Source: Thermofilaceae archaeon (GTDB lineage Archaea; Thermoproteota; Thermoprotei; Thermofilales; Thermofilaceae). From it: a stretch of DNA of 57,585 bases. Made by a program: the position numbers and the translations under genes. Position 1 is the stretch's first letter, and the number at the start of each line of letters is the position of its first letter. The stretch covers positions 1-57,585 of the forward strand of contig JAVYWK010000012.1 in assembly GCA_038727095.1 (NCBI GenBank), in the 5' to 3' direction. The notes beneath the pieces were generated by a model. It saw nothing but the letters and a program-made list of their open reading frames with translations. It searched no databases and had not been told where the DNA came from. Of this stretch, positions 20,167-28,365 are shown in pieces.

Positions 20167-21330
20167 TCAGATCCGCCCGCTTATTGCAAGCCCTCGTTCA
20201 ATATCCTTCAACGCCTCCTTTAACACCTCCAAGTTAAGGGAGGGGGTTGGTGCAACTCGCGCTGGGCCTTCGGCCATGAGCGCACCCAGGTCGATTAAGC
20301 GCTGCACAATATCTTCAAAACTTTCGAGGCTTCCGGCATCTAAGCCGTAGCTCTCCGCGAGTGCTGCGTACTCTTCCCACAGCTCGCTAAGACGGGCATA
20401 GGGCCTAGCCTTAACGAGCTGCAGTGCAGCATAAAGCAGTAGTTTCTCGCGGGCTGTCAATGAGCCGATGTCGGCCGGAGCTATGAAAGCTTCTACGTTG
20501 CGCAGAGCGTCGAGCACGTGCCTTAAAGTGACTTTTCTGGCCCCCTCCTGCTCAGCGAGAACACCTGCGTACAGGAGCGTGTCGAGAGCCCTCCTGACAT
20601 CACTCGACATGTAAGTATAGGTGTAGTCGGCCAGCCACTTAAGCACATCGTCTCCAATAACGCCGCTTGCGAAAGCCTCCGACGACCTGAAGGATAAAAT
20701 ATCGAAAAGCTGCTCGCGCGAATAAGGTGGATACCTTACAATTAGGTTTCCTAGCGAACTGCGCTCAGCAGGTTCTAGCAGTTTTAACCAGTCGAGCCCG
20801 CGCGCTACGAATACGATGGCCATTGGTACCAGCTTAAAGGCCACCTCGTTAAGTCTGACCAATGCATAAAGCACGCTGCGAAGCGAGCTTCTCGCGTGGA
20901 ACTCTATCTCATCGAAAGCCAATAGGGCGGGGAGTCCGCTCCTCCTAAGCACGTTTGTGACCTCCTTCAGCAGTTCTTGTCCACTGATGCTCCTAGAGGC
21001 AGGCATACCTGTCAGCTTCTCGTACATAGCGGAGAATAACTGAAAAGGGGTTTCCCCCTCGATCCTCATGTTCACGTGCACGAACGTGTGCCCCCGCCCT
21101 TCGGCTGTAAGGGATCGATGCAGAAGGATTATGCTCGACGTCTTCCCAGTGCCTGTTGGACCCACGAGCATAACTGTACGAAGGGTTGTAGCATCACACT
21201 CCAGTACGTCAAAGATGAACTTCCTCAGAATGCTCAGCTGGTAGTCGCGGTGGGGCAGCCTCCCAGGCACATGCCTGCTCGATAGCTTCTCCCTGTCAGT
21301 GAATATACTGCTCATACTCTGACTAATCAC
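20167..21330 (-). CDS. cdc6: Orc1/Cdc6 replication initiator
   Basis: HVPGRLPHRD, Walker A GPTGTGKT, Walker B FDEIE, YPPYSREQLFDIL..R, DVRRAL, C-terminal wHTH. Confidence 0.9.
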   Translation of the reverse strand: MISQSMSSIFTDREKLSSRHVPGRLPHRDYQLSILRKFIFDVLECDATTLRTVMLVGPTGTGKTSSIILLHRSLTAEGRGHTFVHVNMRIEGETPFQLFSAMYEKLTGMPASRSISGQELLKEVTNVLRRSGLPALLAFDEIEFHARSSLRSVLYALVRLNEVAFKLVPMAIVFVARGLDWLKLLEPAERSSLGNLIVRYPPYSREQLFDILSFRSSEAFASGVIGDDVLKWLADYTYTYMSSDVRRALDTLLYAGVLAEQEGARKVTLRHVLDALRNVEAFIAPADIGSLTAREKLLLYAALQLVKARPYARLSELWEEYAALAESYGLDAGSLESFEDIVQRLIDLGALMAEGPARVAPTPSLNLEVLKEALKDIERGLAISGRI

Positions 21331-21599
21331 GCGGATGGAACATTAATAAACGTAAACCGTAATACATTACACCGAAAGTATTTCTGCCCCCCACTCCCAC
21401 TTCAAGCCTCCTGAAACGATACTCGCATGGTTCTCACCCACCCCTTCTCCACCAAGCTGTTTGTGGGTTTCCTGCGTAACGTACACGTGATGGGCTTTGC
21501 TGCATAAACAGATGGTGATCAGGAGGTAAAGGTATTCATGCGTAAGCTACGATGTGAGCAGCGCGGAACCCTTAATAGGGGTACTGGGAGAGTCCTTCT

Positions 21600-21656
21600 G
21601 GGATGAGGAAGCCGCTCCAGGGTGTGTGAGAGGATGATCGGCTCGCGACGATCCGA
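21600..21656 (+). ncRNA. Box C/D guide sRNA candidate
   Basis: C GGGATGA (21600), D' GTGA (21626), C' AGGATGA (21631), D CCGA (21653); TATA-like CTTAATA at 21571. Confidence 0.55.
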
Positions 21657-21674
21657 CCTCACGGGGGTGAGTTT

Positions 21675-21941
21675 ATGCGCGTGACGAGCATCATTGCAAT
21701 AGTATTGCTAGCATTATGCCTGATACTGTACTGGATTCCCCTACCACTGATCCCGGTGGGCGAAAGTAAATTGATACTCGGTGGCTATCCTTGGCAGGCT
21801 CCCACGCCTCAAGCTCGAAGTTTCTTCATTACCCTAGGATTAGTTCTTACCGTCGTGGCCGTGGTATTAGCGGTATTGGCGTACGTTTTCGGGAGAGACA
21901 TAGAGAACGGCGATGTGGAGGAAACAGAAATGTTAGATTAA
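21675..21941 (+). CDS. Small 2-TM membrane protein
   Basis: SD GGGGGTGA before ATG, two hydrophobic helices, acidic C-tail. Confidence 0.7.
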   Translation: MRVTSIIAIVLLALCLILYWIPLPLIPVGESKLILGGYPWQAPTPQARSFFITLGLVLTVVAVVLAVLAYVFGRDIENGDVEETEMLD

Positions 21942-22024
21942 AATTTATTCCATAACGTAACAGTGAGTGAAATACTAGTGTTAGGCGGCGTTTAAAATAT
22001 AACACCTGTCTCTATGTAGGTAGT

Positions 22025-22618
22025 GTGAGAGATGAAATAGAATACGTAGAGTATGAGGAAGAAGTACTACCTGCGCTAGCTCTCGGTGTTAGGAGACTCA
22101 CAGACGGTGTAAGGGGATTGAAAATTCAGTTAGAGGATATGCATAAACAGGTAGTTAAATTAAGAGATGAATTACAAAGATTGACTCAGGTTCTTGAGAC
22201 GAGTAGGTCTACATTCGATGAGGGACAACGCAAGTTGATGCAGCAGTACGAGGAGACGGTAAAGTACCTTGATAACTTCCTGGGCAAACTGGAGAGCACG
22301 GTTAAAACTACCGTAGAGCTTGAACTGAGAGGGCTTAGCTACAAGTTATCTGCGCTGACGAGCAGCTTCGATAATCTGTCCCAAGATCTATACGCGCACA
22401 GATTGGAAGAGAAGGATCGGCTAAATGAATTATTGGAAAATTTAAAGAATATTACAACTGAAGTTTATGAAATGAAATTAAAAATTAACGATTTAGCAAC
22501 ACTTATTTATGATCTCGGAGTGAGGATGAATAACCTTGAGATGAAAGTCTCAAACGATCTTACCGAGATTAAGCTGCTTTTAGCTGTTAGTAAGCGCGAG
22601 CAGCAGCTCAAAAGCTAA
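22025..22618 (+). CDS. Coiled-coil protein
   Basis: 197 aa continuous heptad pattern; TTTAAAATAT upstream. Confidence 0.75.
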   Translation: MRDEIEYVEYEEEVLPALALGVRRLTDGVRGLKIQLEDMHKQVVKLRDELQRLTQVLETSRSTFDEGQRKLMQQYEETVKYLDNFLGKLESTVKTTVELELRGLSYKLSALTSSFDNLSQDLYAHRLEEKDRLNELLENLKNITTEVYEMKLKINDLATLIYDLGVRMNNLEMKVSNDLTEIKLLLAVSKREQQLKS

Positions 22619-22670
22619 CGTGCCTCTTCAGCGATAAGATAATTAATATGGCTTAAGGCCATAACGTGGT

Positions 22671-24356
22671 ATGCTGGGCCGAAGACGGGAAGTAGATGCA
22701 ACCGAGCTGATGAACAGAATAGAGCAGTTAAGCAAGGATCTCACAGCTCTAATGACCAAACAGACAGATACCGTGAGCAGCAGAGTAATCGAATCGCTCA
22801 AAACGCTTCAAGCTCAAATCATAGCATTACTGGATGAGCAGCGCGCAATACTAGCGGATCTCGTGGATCTGCTCCAAAGGCAAAGAAGCGAACTCGAGGG
22901 TTCACGAGCAAAGCTCGAAGATTCCGTTGCCAAGCTCGCAGAGTCTAACACAAGGCTTGAGGTTATGATAACGGAGCTTTCGGCAATATCAAATGATTTA
23001 TCAAAAAGTTTAGAAGCATTAAATGAACAGTTGATCCCAGCTATAAAATCTGGAAACGAATTACTCGAACAGCTCAAAAATATTCTCTCGGAATTCGAGA
23101 AAATAAGTGGAGAAAGGGAAACTGAATTCATAAATAATCTTAAAAATATTCTCTCGGAATTCGAGAAAATAAGTGGAGAAAGGGAAACTGAATTCATAAA
23201 TAATCTTAAAAATATTCTCTCGGAATTCGAGAAAATAAGTGGAGAAAGGGAAACTGAATTTTTAAACTATTTTAAGACTACTATTGAAGAGTTGAAAGCT
23301 ATAGAGAGAGAAAGGAAGGAAATGTTTATTGACAGCTTACGGGCTCTAGTAGAGGCAGCAGAGAAGTACAATAAGGCGGTCTCTGAGTACGCAGATGCCG
23401 CTGCGAGAGTGCAATCACTCGATGAGCGAGAAAAAATGTTAAATCAAAAAGAGCAAGAATTGAGGGAGAAAGAAAAGAATTTAAAATTGATAGATGAACA
23501 ATTAATTAGCAAGGAAAATGAATTAAAAAGTTTACATTACAAAATTTTAGAAATAGTCGAAACGATAAATAATATAGGTAATGATATAGCAAATAAGTTA
23601 AATTTAATTCAAGAAATTCAGGAAATGATTAAAACATTAAATAAATTACATGAAGAACTCAATGAAATAAATATAAAAAGAGCGGAGCTAGAAAGCTTCA
23701 GAACATCACTTATTGCAGAAAATGAGAGAATCAATGAAGCTAGACGTCGGTTTTCCGAATGGGAAGCTAAACTAAAAGATGAGGAAAATAGACTTAGATC
23801 ATGGGAAGAAAAATTGAGGAAAATGGAAGACGATATTAGGGCTAGAGAGAGGGCTATCGATGAGAAATTAATTAAACTAACAGATTGGGAAAAAGAATTA
23901 GCAGAACGTGAAAATAGATTAAGTAAACTTCTTAATAGATATGAATTCTTAAGACGAGAGATCGAAGAAAGAGAGAAAAAGCTTAGGGAGTGGGAGGAGG
24001 CTTTGAAGAGAGAGCGTGCAGACATCGATACGAAACTGAGGCCCCTCCAAGAGCTTGGCGAGCTCGAAGCCAAGCTGAAGGAGTGGGAGAAGAGGTTGCT
24101 TGATAAGGAGCGAGAGCTGATCGGTTACCACCGCTCTCTCTTAACGAAGGAGGGTCTTCTCAACGAGTTAAGAGAGAGGCTGGAGGCAAGAGAGGCTGAA
24201 TTGAAATCAAGGGAAGAGGAGCTGACCCGCAAGCTGGCGCGTCTGAGCGAGCTAGAGGCCCGCGTAAAGGAGCTAGAGCACGAGAACAGGCGATTGAAGG
24301 AGGAGCTTGCAAGGCGCGAGGAGGAGGTTAAAGCTCTCAGGAGCCTCTTAGAGTAG
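22671..24356 (+). CDS. Long coiled-coil protein, no ATPase head
   Basis: 561 aa E/K/R/L-rich heptads, no Walker motifs, internal 22-aa repeat. Confidence 0.8.
   Translation: MLGRRREVDATELMNRIEQLSKDLTALMTKQTDTVSSRVIESLKTLQAQIIALLDEQRAILADLVDLLQRQRSELEGSRAKLEDSVAKLAESNTRLEVMITELSAISNDLSKSLEALNEQLIPAIKSGNELLEQLKNILSEFEKISGERETEFINNLKNILSEFEKISGERETEFINNLKNILSEFEKISGERETEFLNYFKTTIEELKAIERERKEMFIDSLRALVEAAEKYNKAVSEYADAAARVQSLDEREKMLNQKEQELREKEKNLKLIDEQLISKENELKSLHYKILEIVETINNIGNDIANKLNLIQEIQEMIKTLNKLHEELNEINIKRAELESFRTSLIAENERINEARRRFSEWEAKLKDEENRLRSWEEKLRKMEDDIRARERAIDEKLIKLTDWEKELAERENRLSKLLNRYEFLRREIEEREKKLREWEEALKRERADIDTKLRPLQELGELEAKLKEWEKRLLDKERELIGYHRSLLTKEGLLNELRERLEAREAELKSREEELTRKLARLSELEARVKELEHENRRLKEELARREEEVKALRSLLE
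23076..23260 (+). repeat. In-frame 66-bp tandem repeat, about 2.8 identical copies
   Basis: Units start at 23076, 23142 and 23208, encoding KNILSEFEKISGERETEFINNL. Confidence 0.95.
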
Positions 24357-24359
24357 CGA

Positions 24360-24689
24360 CTACAGAAAGTAGGTGGTTACGATCAGGACGGTGAACACTA
24401 GCGAAAGTATTATGCAAGCGATCGCCGCCCCCTCTATGACTTTGTACTGGAGCCTTTGACCGAGCTTTACGCCCCACTCCGGCTCCTCATCCTTAGCCAG
24501 ATTGTACGCGAAAATCGATGCTAGCACAGCTGCAGCAGTAAGAGCTAGAGGGAGTATCCGGGAAATTAGAGGTGGATAGGGAGGATTTTCACTGAACCCA
24601 CTTGTAAGCACCCATACGATCACTAAGAAGACGAAAGCTACAACTGTAGTGACCACTACGATCACGCTTGGTCTCTCCCTTTCGCTCAT
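24360..24689 (-). CDS. Small 3-TM membrane protein
   Basis: 109 aa with three hydrophobic segments. Confidence 0.7.
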   Translation of the reverse strand: MSERERPSVIVVVTTVVAFVFLVIVWVLTSGFSENPPYPPLISRILPLALTAAAVLASIFAYNLAKDEEPEWGVKLGQRLQYKVIEGAAIACIILSLVFTVLIVTTYFL

Positions 24690-24811
24690 CGAAACGTAGT
24701 GTGCGGATCACGCTTAAGGTTTTTGCTACCGTAGTCTCCGCGTAACAGCCTCCTATTAGCGGGAAAATGTTGCGTGCCACCCTTAGACCTTCAAGGCGCA
24801 ACCGTAGGCTT

Positions 24812-26629
24812 GTGAGAAGAATCGCATGCCTGCTGCTGCCACTGTTGTTAGCGACGGTTGCTGTCAGATCACAGCCCAAGCTATTCGTGGTTGAAGCCAG
24901 GATACTGAAAGTGAGTGGTGAAGAAGTGAGGTACTTTCTCTTGGAGTTTAGCGAAGCACCATCGCTCACGCTGCAAGTATACCCCGATGCTGAGGAGGTA
25001 GTTGTGAGGGTCGATTCAAGCACCCCCTACAAGCCCTACACGGTCCTCTTCGATGGAACCCGCGTCACAGCCTGCTACGAGGAGGGCGTTACCCTGATTG
25101 AGGATTTCGTGCGGGTCAACTTCACTCGGTTAGGGTGGAGGCCGCGAACGATAACTGTGAGGTTCAACTACAGCGAGCCAAAGCCTCACGCTTACGCTCT
25201 AAGCGAGCGTGGTGAAAGAGTATGGGGGCACTTAGTAGAAGCGCTCTGCAGCGATGCCACCGTGCTTGAGAGCTTGGCTAGCTTAAAGGTTACACTACTA
25301 TCGAAGAGGCTTCTGAGCATTCAAACATCGATGGGTGCAATTTCACTATGGGACGTCGTGGTGCTTCAAACTGGTGGCGAGCTCGACTCCCTACTCGAGA
25401 TCGTCCGTAAAGCTTCCGTAGAAGTACGCGTGAGAACCCTCTACTACTCAACGGCTAAGCCGGCACAGCAACCACTTTACTTCTACGTCAATTTGCCAGC
25501 GGCCTGTGCCGGACATTTTGATGCCTCCCTCCGGGCTAGAGATATCGTGGGAAGAGCATTTCCGGATAATCCAGCCCTGTATGCTCCACAGGAAGCTACG
25601 ATTTTGGGCACGTGTAGTGTAACAGTGTCGAACCCGGGGCCCTTCGACTACGTTACCGCCGGTGTGTACATACCTGCGGGTTCTAAGCGTGAAGTTTCAC
25701 TAGCGCCGAACGGTACATTGAGCGCGGACGCATATAGGGATGGAGTAAAAGTGTACACACTTACCATTTACGGCCTTCCCAGCCTGCTGGAATTACCTTC
25801 TTACGCCTACAACGTTAATGTGTTCATAGTCGATAGCGGGGGGAGACCGGCGAGCAACGCTACGGTCATTATATCGGGAACGAGCAACTCCATCCGGGTA
25901 ACCTGCCGGCTACTAAACGGCGTGTGCTCCTTCCAGGAGATCCCTCCCGGCGCGTACATCATCGCAGCTTACGTGGGGGAGAAGGAGGTTGGGAGAACAT
26001 CGTTGCTCCTCGAGAGGGGCGATAAAGTTGTTAACCTAAGAGCGGACCTCAACGATTTTGAGGTGATCGTTCTCTATCCGACGGGGGAAAGGCTGCTGAG
26101 GTACGTTGTTCTGCTGCAGGCTTACGGTTTAAGGTACGAGGCTAGGGAGCTTCAGGGGCGGGCTGCATTCAACGATGTCCCCTCAGGCCTACACAGTTAC
26201 TGGGTGGTCAAGGATGGGGTTGTCGTAGCCTCCGGGGTTCTGAAAGTTGAGTCTCAGCGAGTGAGTTACGCGATTATTGCTAACGTGAGCAAAGTTCACT
26301 TAAAGGTTGTAGATTTCCTCGGCAGACCCCTTCCCCACATCAACGTGCAAGTTAAGGGTAATGTCTCAGTTGCAGGGCACACAGATGAAAGGGGCGTGCT
26401 GACTCTTGATTTACCCTTCGGTGGGTACGAGGTCGATGTGGGAGAAATCGGGTTGCGTAGGCTCATCAACGTGAGAAACGGCGGAGAATACTTCGTCTTG
26501 TACGCCGATGCCCCCCTGCACTACATTATTTCAGCAGTGTTAGTCCTAATAACCGTTAGTCTCGCGTTGAAGGTCGCTCGAGGCAGAAGAGAAACTGAAG
26601 TAGAGGTATACGATTTAGAGAAGGATTGA
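24812..26629 (+). CDS. Surface protein with carboxypeptidase-regulatory-like repeats and C-terminal TM anchor
   Basis: Signal peptide after GTG 24812, repeats VDSGGRPASNATV...IPPGAY and VVDFLGRPLP...TDERG..LPFGGY. Confidence 0.65.
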   Translation: MRRIACLLLPLLLATVAVRSQPKLFVVEARILKVSGEEVRYFLLEFSEAPSLTLQVYPDAEEVVVRVDSSTPYKPYTVLFDGTRVTACYEEGVTLIEDFVRVNFTRLGWRPRTITVRFNYSEPKPHAYALSERGERVWGHLVEALCSDATVLESLASLKVTLLSKRLLSIQTSMGAISLWDVVVLQTGGELDSLLEIVRKASVEVRVRTLYYSTAKPAQQPLYFYVNLPAACAGHFDASLRARDIVGRAFPDNPALYAPQEATILGTCSVTVSNPGPFDYVTAGVYIPAGSKREVSLAPNGTLSADAYRDGVKVYTLTIYGLPSLLELPSYAYNVNVFIVDSGGRPASNATVIISGTSNSIRVTCRLLNGVCSFQEIPPGAYIIAAYVGEKEVGRTSLLLERGDKVVNLRADLNDFEVIVLYPTGERLLRYVVLLQAYGLRYEARELQGRAAFNDVPSGLHSYWVVKDGVVVASGVLKVESQRVSYAIIANVSKVHLKVVDFLGRPLPHINVQVKGNVSVAGHTDERGVLTLDLPFGGYEVDVGEIGLRRLINVRNGGEYFVLYADAPLHYIISAVLVLITVSLALKVARGRRETEVEVYDLEKD

Positions 26630-26717
26630 AGCTTGCATGGTTCTCTGCAGAGCAAACCCTAACATGATAGGCTGAGAAGAATCGTTAGGAGGCAGTAACG
26701 TAGTCAGGCCCACCCCT

Positions 26718-26874
26718 TTCGAACCGGGGGCCTACCGGTTTCTAACATTTAAGCGCGGTTTCCTGCCGGCTGCCGCGGCCTCATCCTTCAGCCTTACGGC
26801 CATGTCGCCGCGGGTACCGACTACAGCCGGCCGCTCTACCGCTGAGCTACGCGGGGCTGGTCCCCGCGCCCGGA
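26718..26874 (-). tRNA. Circularly permuted tRNA-Tyr(GTA): 3' piece (nt 60-CCA, 26874-26858) precedes 5' piece (nt 1-59, 26856-26718); 81-nt intron at 37/38 (26740-26820)
   Basis: Minus strand GGCCCACCCC-TGAA-AG|TCCGGGCGCGGGGACCA-G-CCCCGCGTAGCTCAGCGGTAGAGCGGCCGGCTGTAG[intron]ACCGGTAGGCCCCCGGTTCGAA|A-GGGGTGGGCC; leader/trailer form a BHB. Confidence 0.93.
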
Positions 26875-26915
26875 CTTTCAGGGGTGGGCCCCAAAAAAAG
26901 GCGGTAAGTAAGGGG

Positions 26916-26921
26916 TTTAAA
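26916..26921 (-). promoter_or_regulatory. TATA box of the permuted tRNA-Tyr
   Basis: CAAAAC-TTTAAA (BRE/TATA-like) about 25 nt upstream of the leader GGGGCCCACCCC. Confidence 0.7.
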
Positions 26922-27048
26922 GTTTTGCGCGACTGAGAAGGACTGTTTTGACGGAGAATCGTTAGGCGATTTGCGAGAGTAAGTGGCACACCTCCCTATG
27001 TTAAAACACTTAAGACAGTTTTTAACAGTAGTTGTGGTGGCTTAGACG

Positions 27049-27900
27049 ATGACCAAAGTTTACAGGAGGTTGGTCAAGGTAGGGAATAGCTTGTACGTAT
27101 CCATACCCAGGGGTTGGGTTGAAAGTAAGGGGTTAGCTCCGGGCAATGTGATAGCGATAGAGGTTGTTGAGGAGGGGCTGCTTCTGAAGCCTGTTGAGAA
27201 AGCTTTCCCCGATGTAAGGGCAAAGCAGATAGTTGGTGGCAATGGGCGGGACATCATTAAGGCCTACCTGGAAGGTTACGAGGTCATAGAGATTGAGAAA
27301 CCTAATGATAAATTATTAAAAAAATTGGATAATCTTTTAAACCTATTGGTTGGCTTAGAGGTTGTGGAAGAGGGGGTTGGTCGGCTTGTGCTGCAGTGTT
27401 TCATCAGTGAAGGGTATGACGTAAAAGGGGTTCTTTCTCGAATGGATGCAATCTCTAGGAGCATGTATGTCGATGCGGCAGCAGCGCTGGAAGTGGGAGA
27501 CGAAGAGACTCTCAAGCTCGTCCGGGCGCGCGACGATAGGTTAGATCGGCTCTACTTTCTCACAGTTCGATTAATCAGAAGCACTATCCAATCCCCTGAG
27601 GCAAGCGATCAGGAAAGGCTATTCATGGTTGATGCACGCCTTTTTGCTAAACTTCTCGAAGAAATTGGGGATGAAGCTGAGCGGATGACCTACTTGCAAC
27701 CTTGTGAAGGTTTACTCAATGCAGCGAAAATCATAGCGAAATACCAAAAAAAGAGTGTTGAAGCATTTTTAAATAGAAGTACCCAGCGTGAAGCAATAAA
27801 TGTGCTAGAAGACTTAAACATAATGTTCAATGATGCTCCAGCACTCAGATCATTGCTTAAAATAGCTAAATTAGTTTGGGATCTGACTGAACTCATTTAA
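27049..27900 (+). CDS. AbrB-PhoU phosphate uptake regulator family protein
   Basis: RRLVKVGNSLYVSIPRGWV AbrB domain, AYLEGY, LVGLEVVEE, DDRLDRLYFL PhoU repeat. Confidence 0.88.
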   Translation: MTKVYRRLVKVGNSLYVSIPRGWVESKGLAPGNVIAIEVVEEGLLLKPVEKAFPDVRAKQIVGGNGRDIIKAYLEGYEVIEIEKPNDKLLKKLDNLLNLLVGLEVVEEGVGRLVLQCFISEGYDVKGVLSRMDAISRSMYVDAAAALEVGDEETLKLVRARDDRLDRLYFLTVRLIRSTIQSPEASDQERLFMVDARLFAKLLEEIGDEAERMTYLQPCEGLLNAAKIIAKYQKKSVEAFLNRSTQREAINVLEDLNIMFNDAPALRSLLKIAKLVWDLTELI

Positions 27901-27918
27901 TAAAAAGAGGAGAGAAAG
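27901..27918 (-). terminator. Pyrimidine-rich terminator after the Glu/Trp peptide gene
   Basis: CTTTCTCTCCTCTTTTTA on the minus strand about 30 nt after the stop. Confidence 0.5.
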
Positions 27919-27949
27919 ACTAGTGATGCGACTTTGCCTAATCAGCGGC

Positions 27950-28078
27950 TTACCACTCTTCCTCTTCTTCCTCTTCCTCCTCCCACTCTTCTTCCCACTC
28001 TTCCTCTTCTTCCCACTCCTCTTCCTCTTCTTCCTCCCATTCCTCCTCCTCTTCGTACGGCATCATAGGCGCTTTCAT
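27950..28078 (-). CDS. 42-aa hyperacidic Glu/Trp peptide
   Basis: MKAPMMPYEEEEEWEEEEEEEWEEEEEWEEEWEEEEEEEEEW*; mixed GAA/GAG codons, TATATA about 30 nt upstream, T-rich terminator. Confidence 0.7.
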   Translation of the reverse strand: MKAPMMPYEEEEEWEEEEEEEWEEEEEWEEEWEEEEEEEEEW

Positions 28079-28365
28079 GGCTGTCGTTATAGATCCTCAG
28101 GCAGGTGTATATATGCTTACCCTCGGCTTTGGCTCGAGTAGTGCAACCCTCCCATCTAAACCGTGTAATGAATTGGATACAATATTGTTATTTTTAACTA
28201 TTTAACTTTATATTTAATTTAATTGAAAGCAAAAGGAGATTTTTTAGTAAAATGAAAATACTTAAAAATGGAAAGTTAGTTTATGATACATTAGGGAAAA
28301 TACTTTAGCTCACGAACAGACGTCAGATCTCGCTACGTGAGAGAAAGATAAATGTCTGGGGCCTG

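Noticed and set aside
23076-23260. Possible CRISPR array (66-bp period)
   Set aside because: Whole units are identical with no unique spacers, in frame within a CDS, and no cas genes are present
22671-24356. SMC/Rad50 assignment
   Set aside because: No Walker A/B, signature, hinge or zinc hook
26732-26989. 85-aa minus-strand ORF
   Set aside because: Overlies the permuted tRNA-Tyr and its promoter
27923-28141. 72-aa Phe/Leu-rich ORF that looks like a membrane peptide
   Set aside because: Antisense shadow of the Glu/Trp peptide; promoter and terminator signals are on the minus strand
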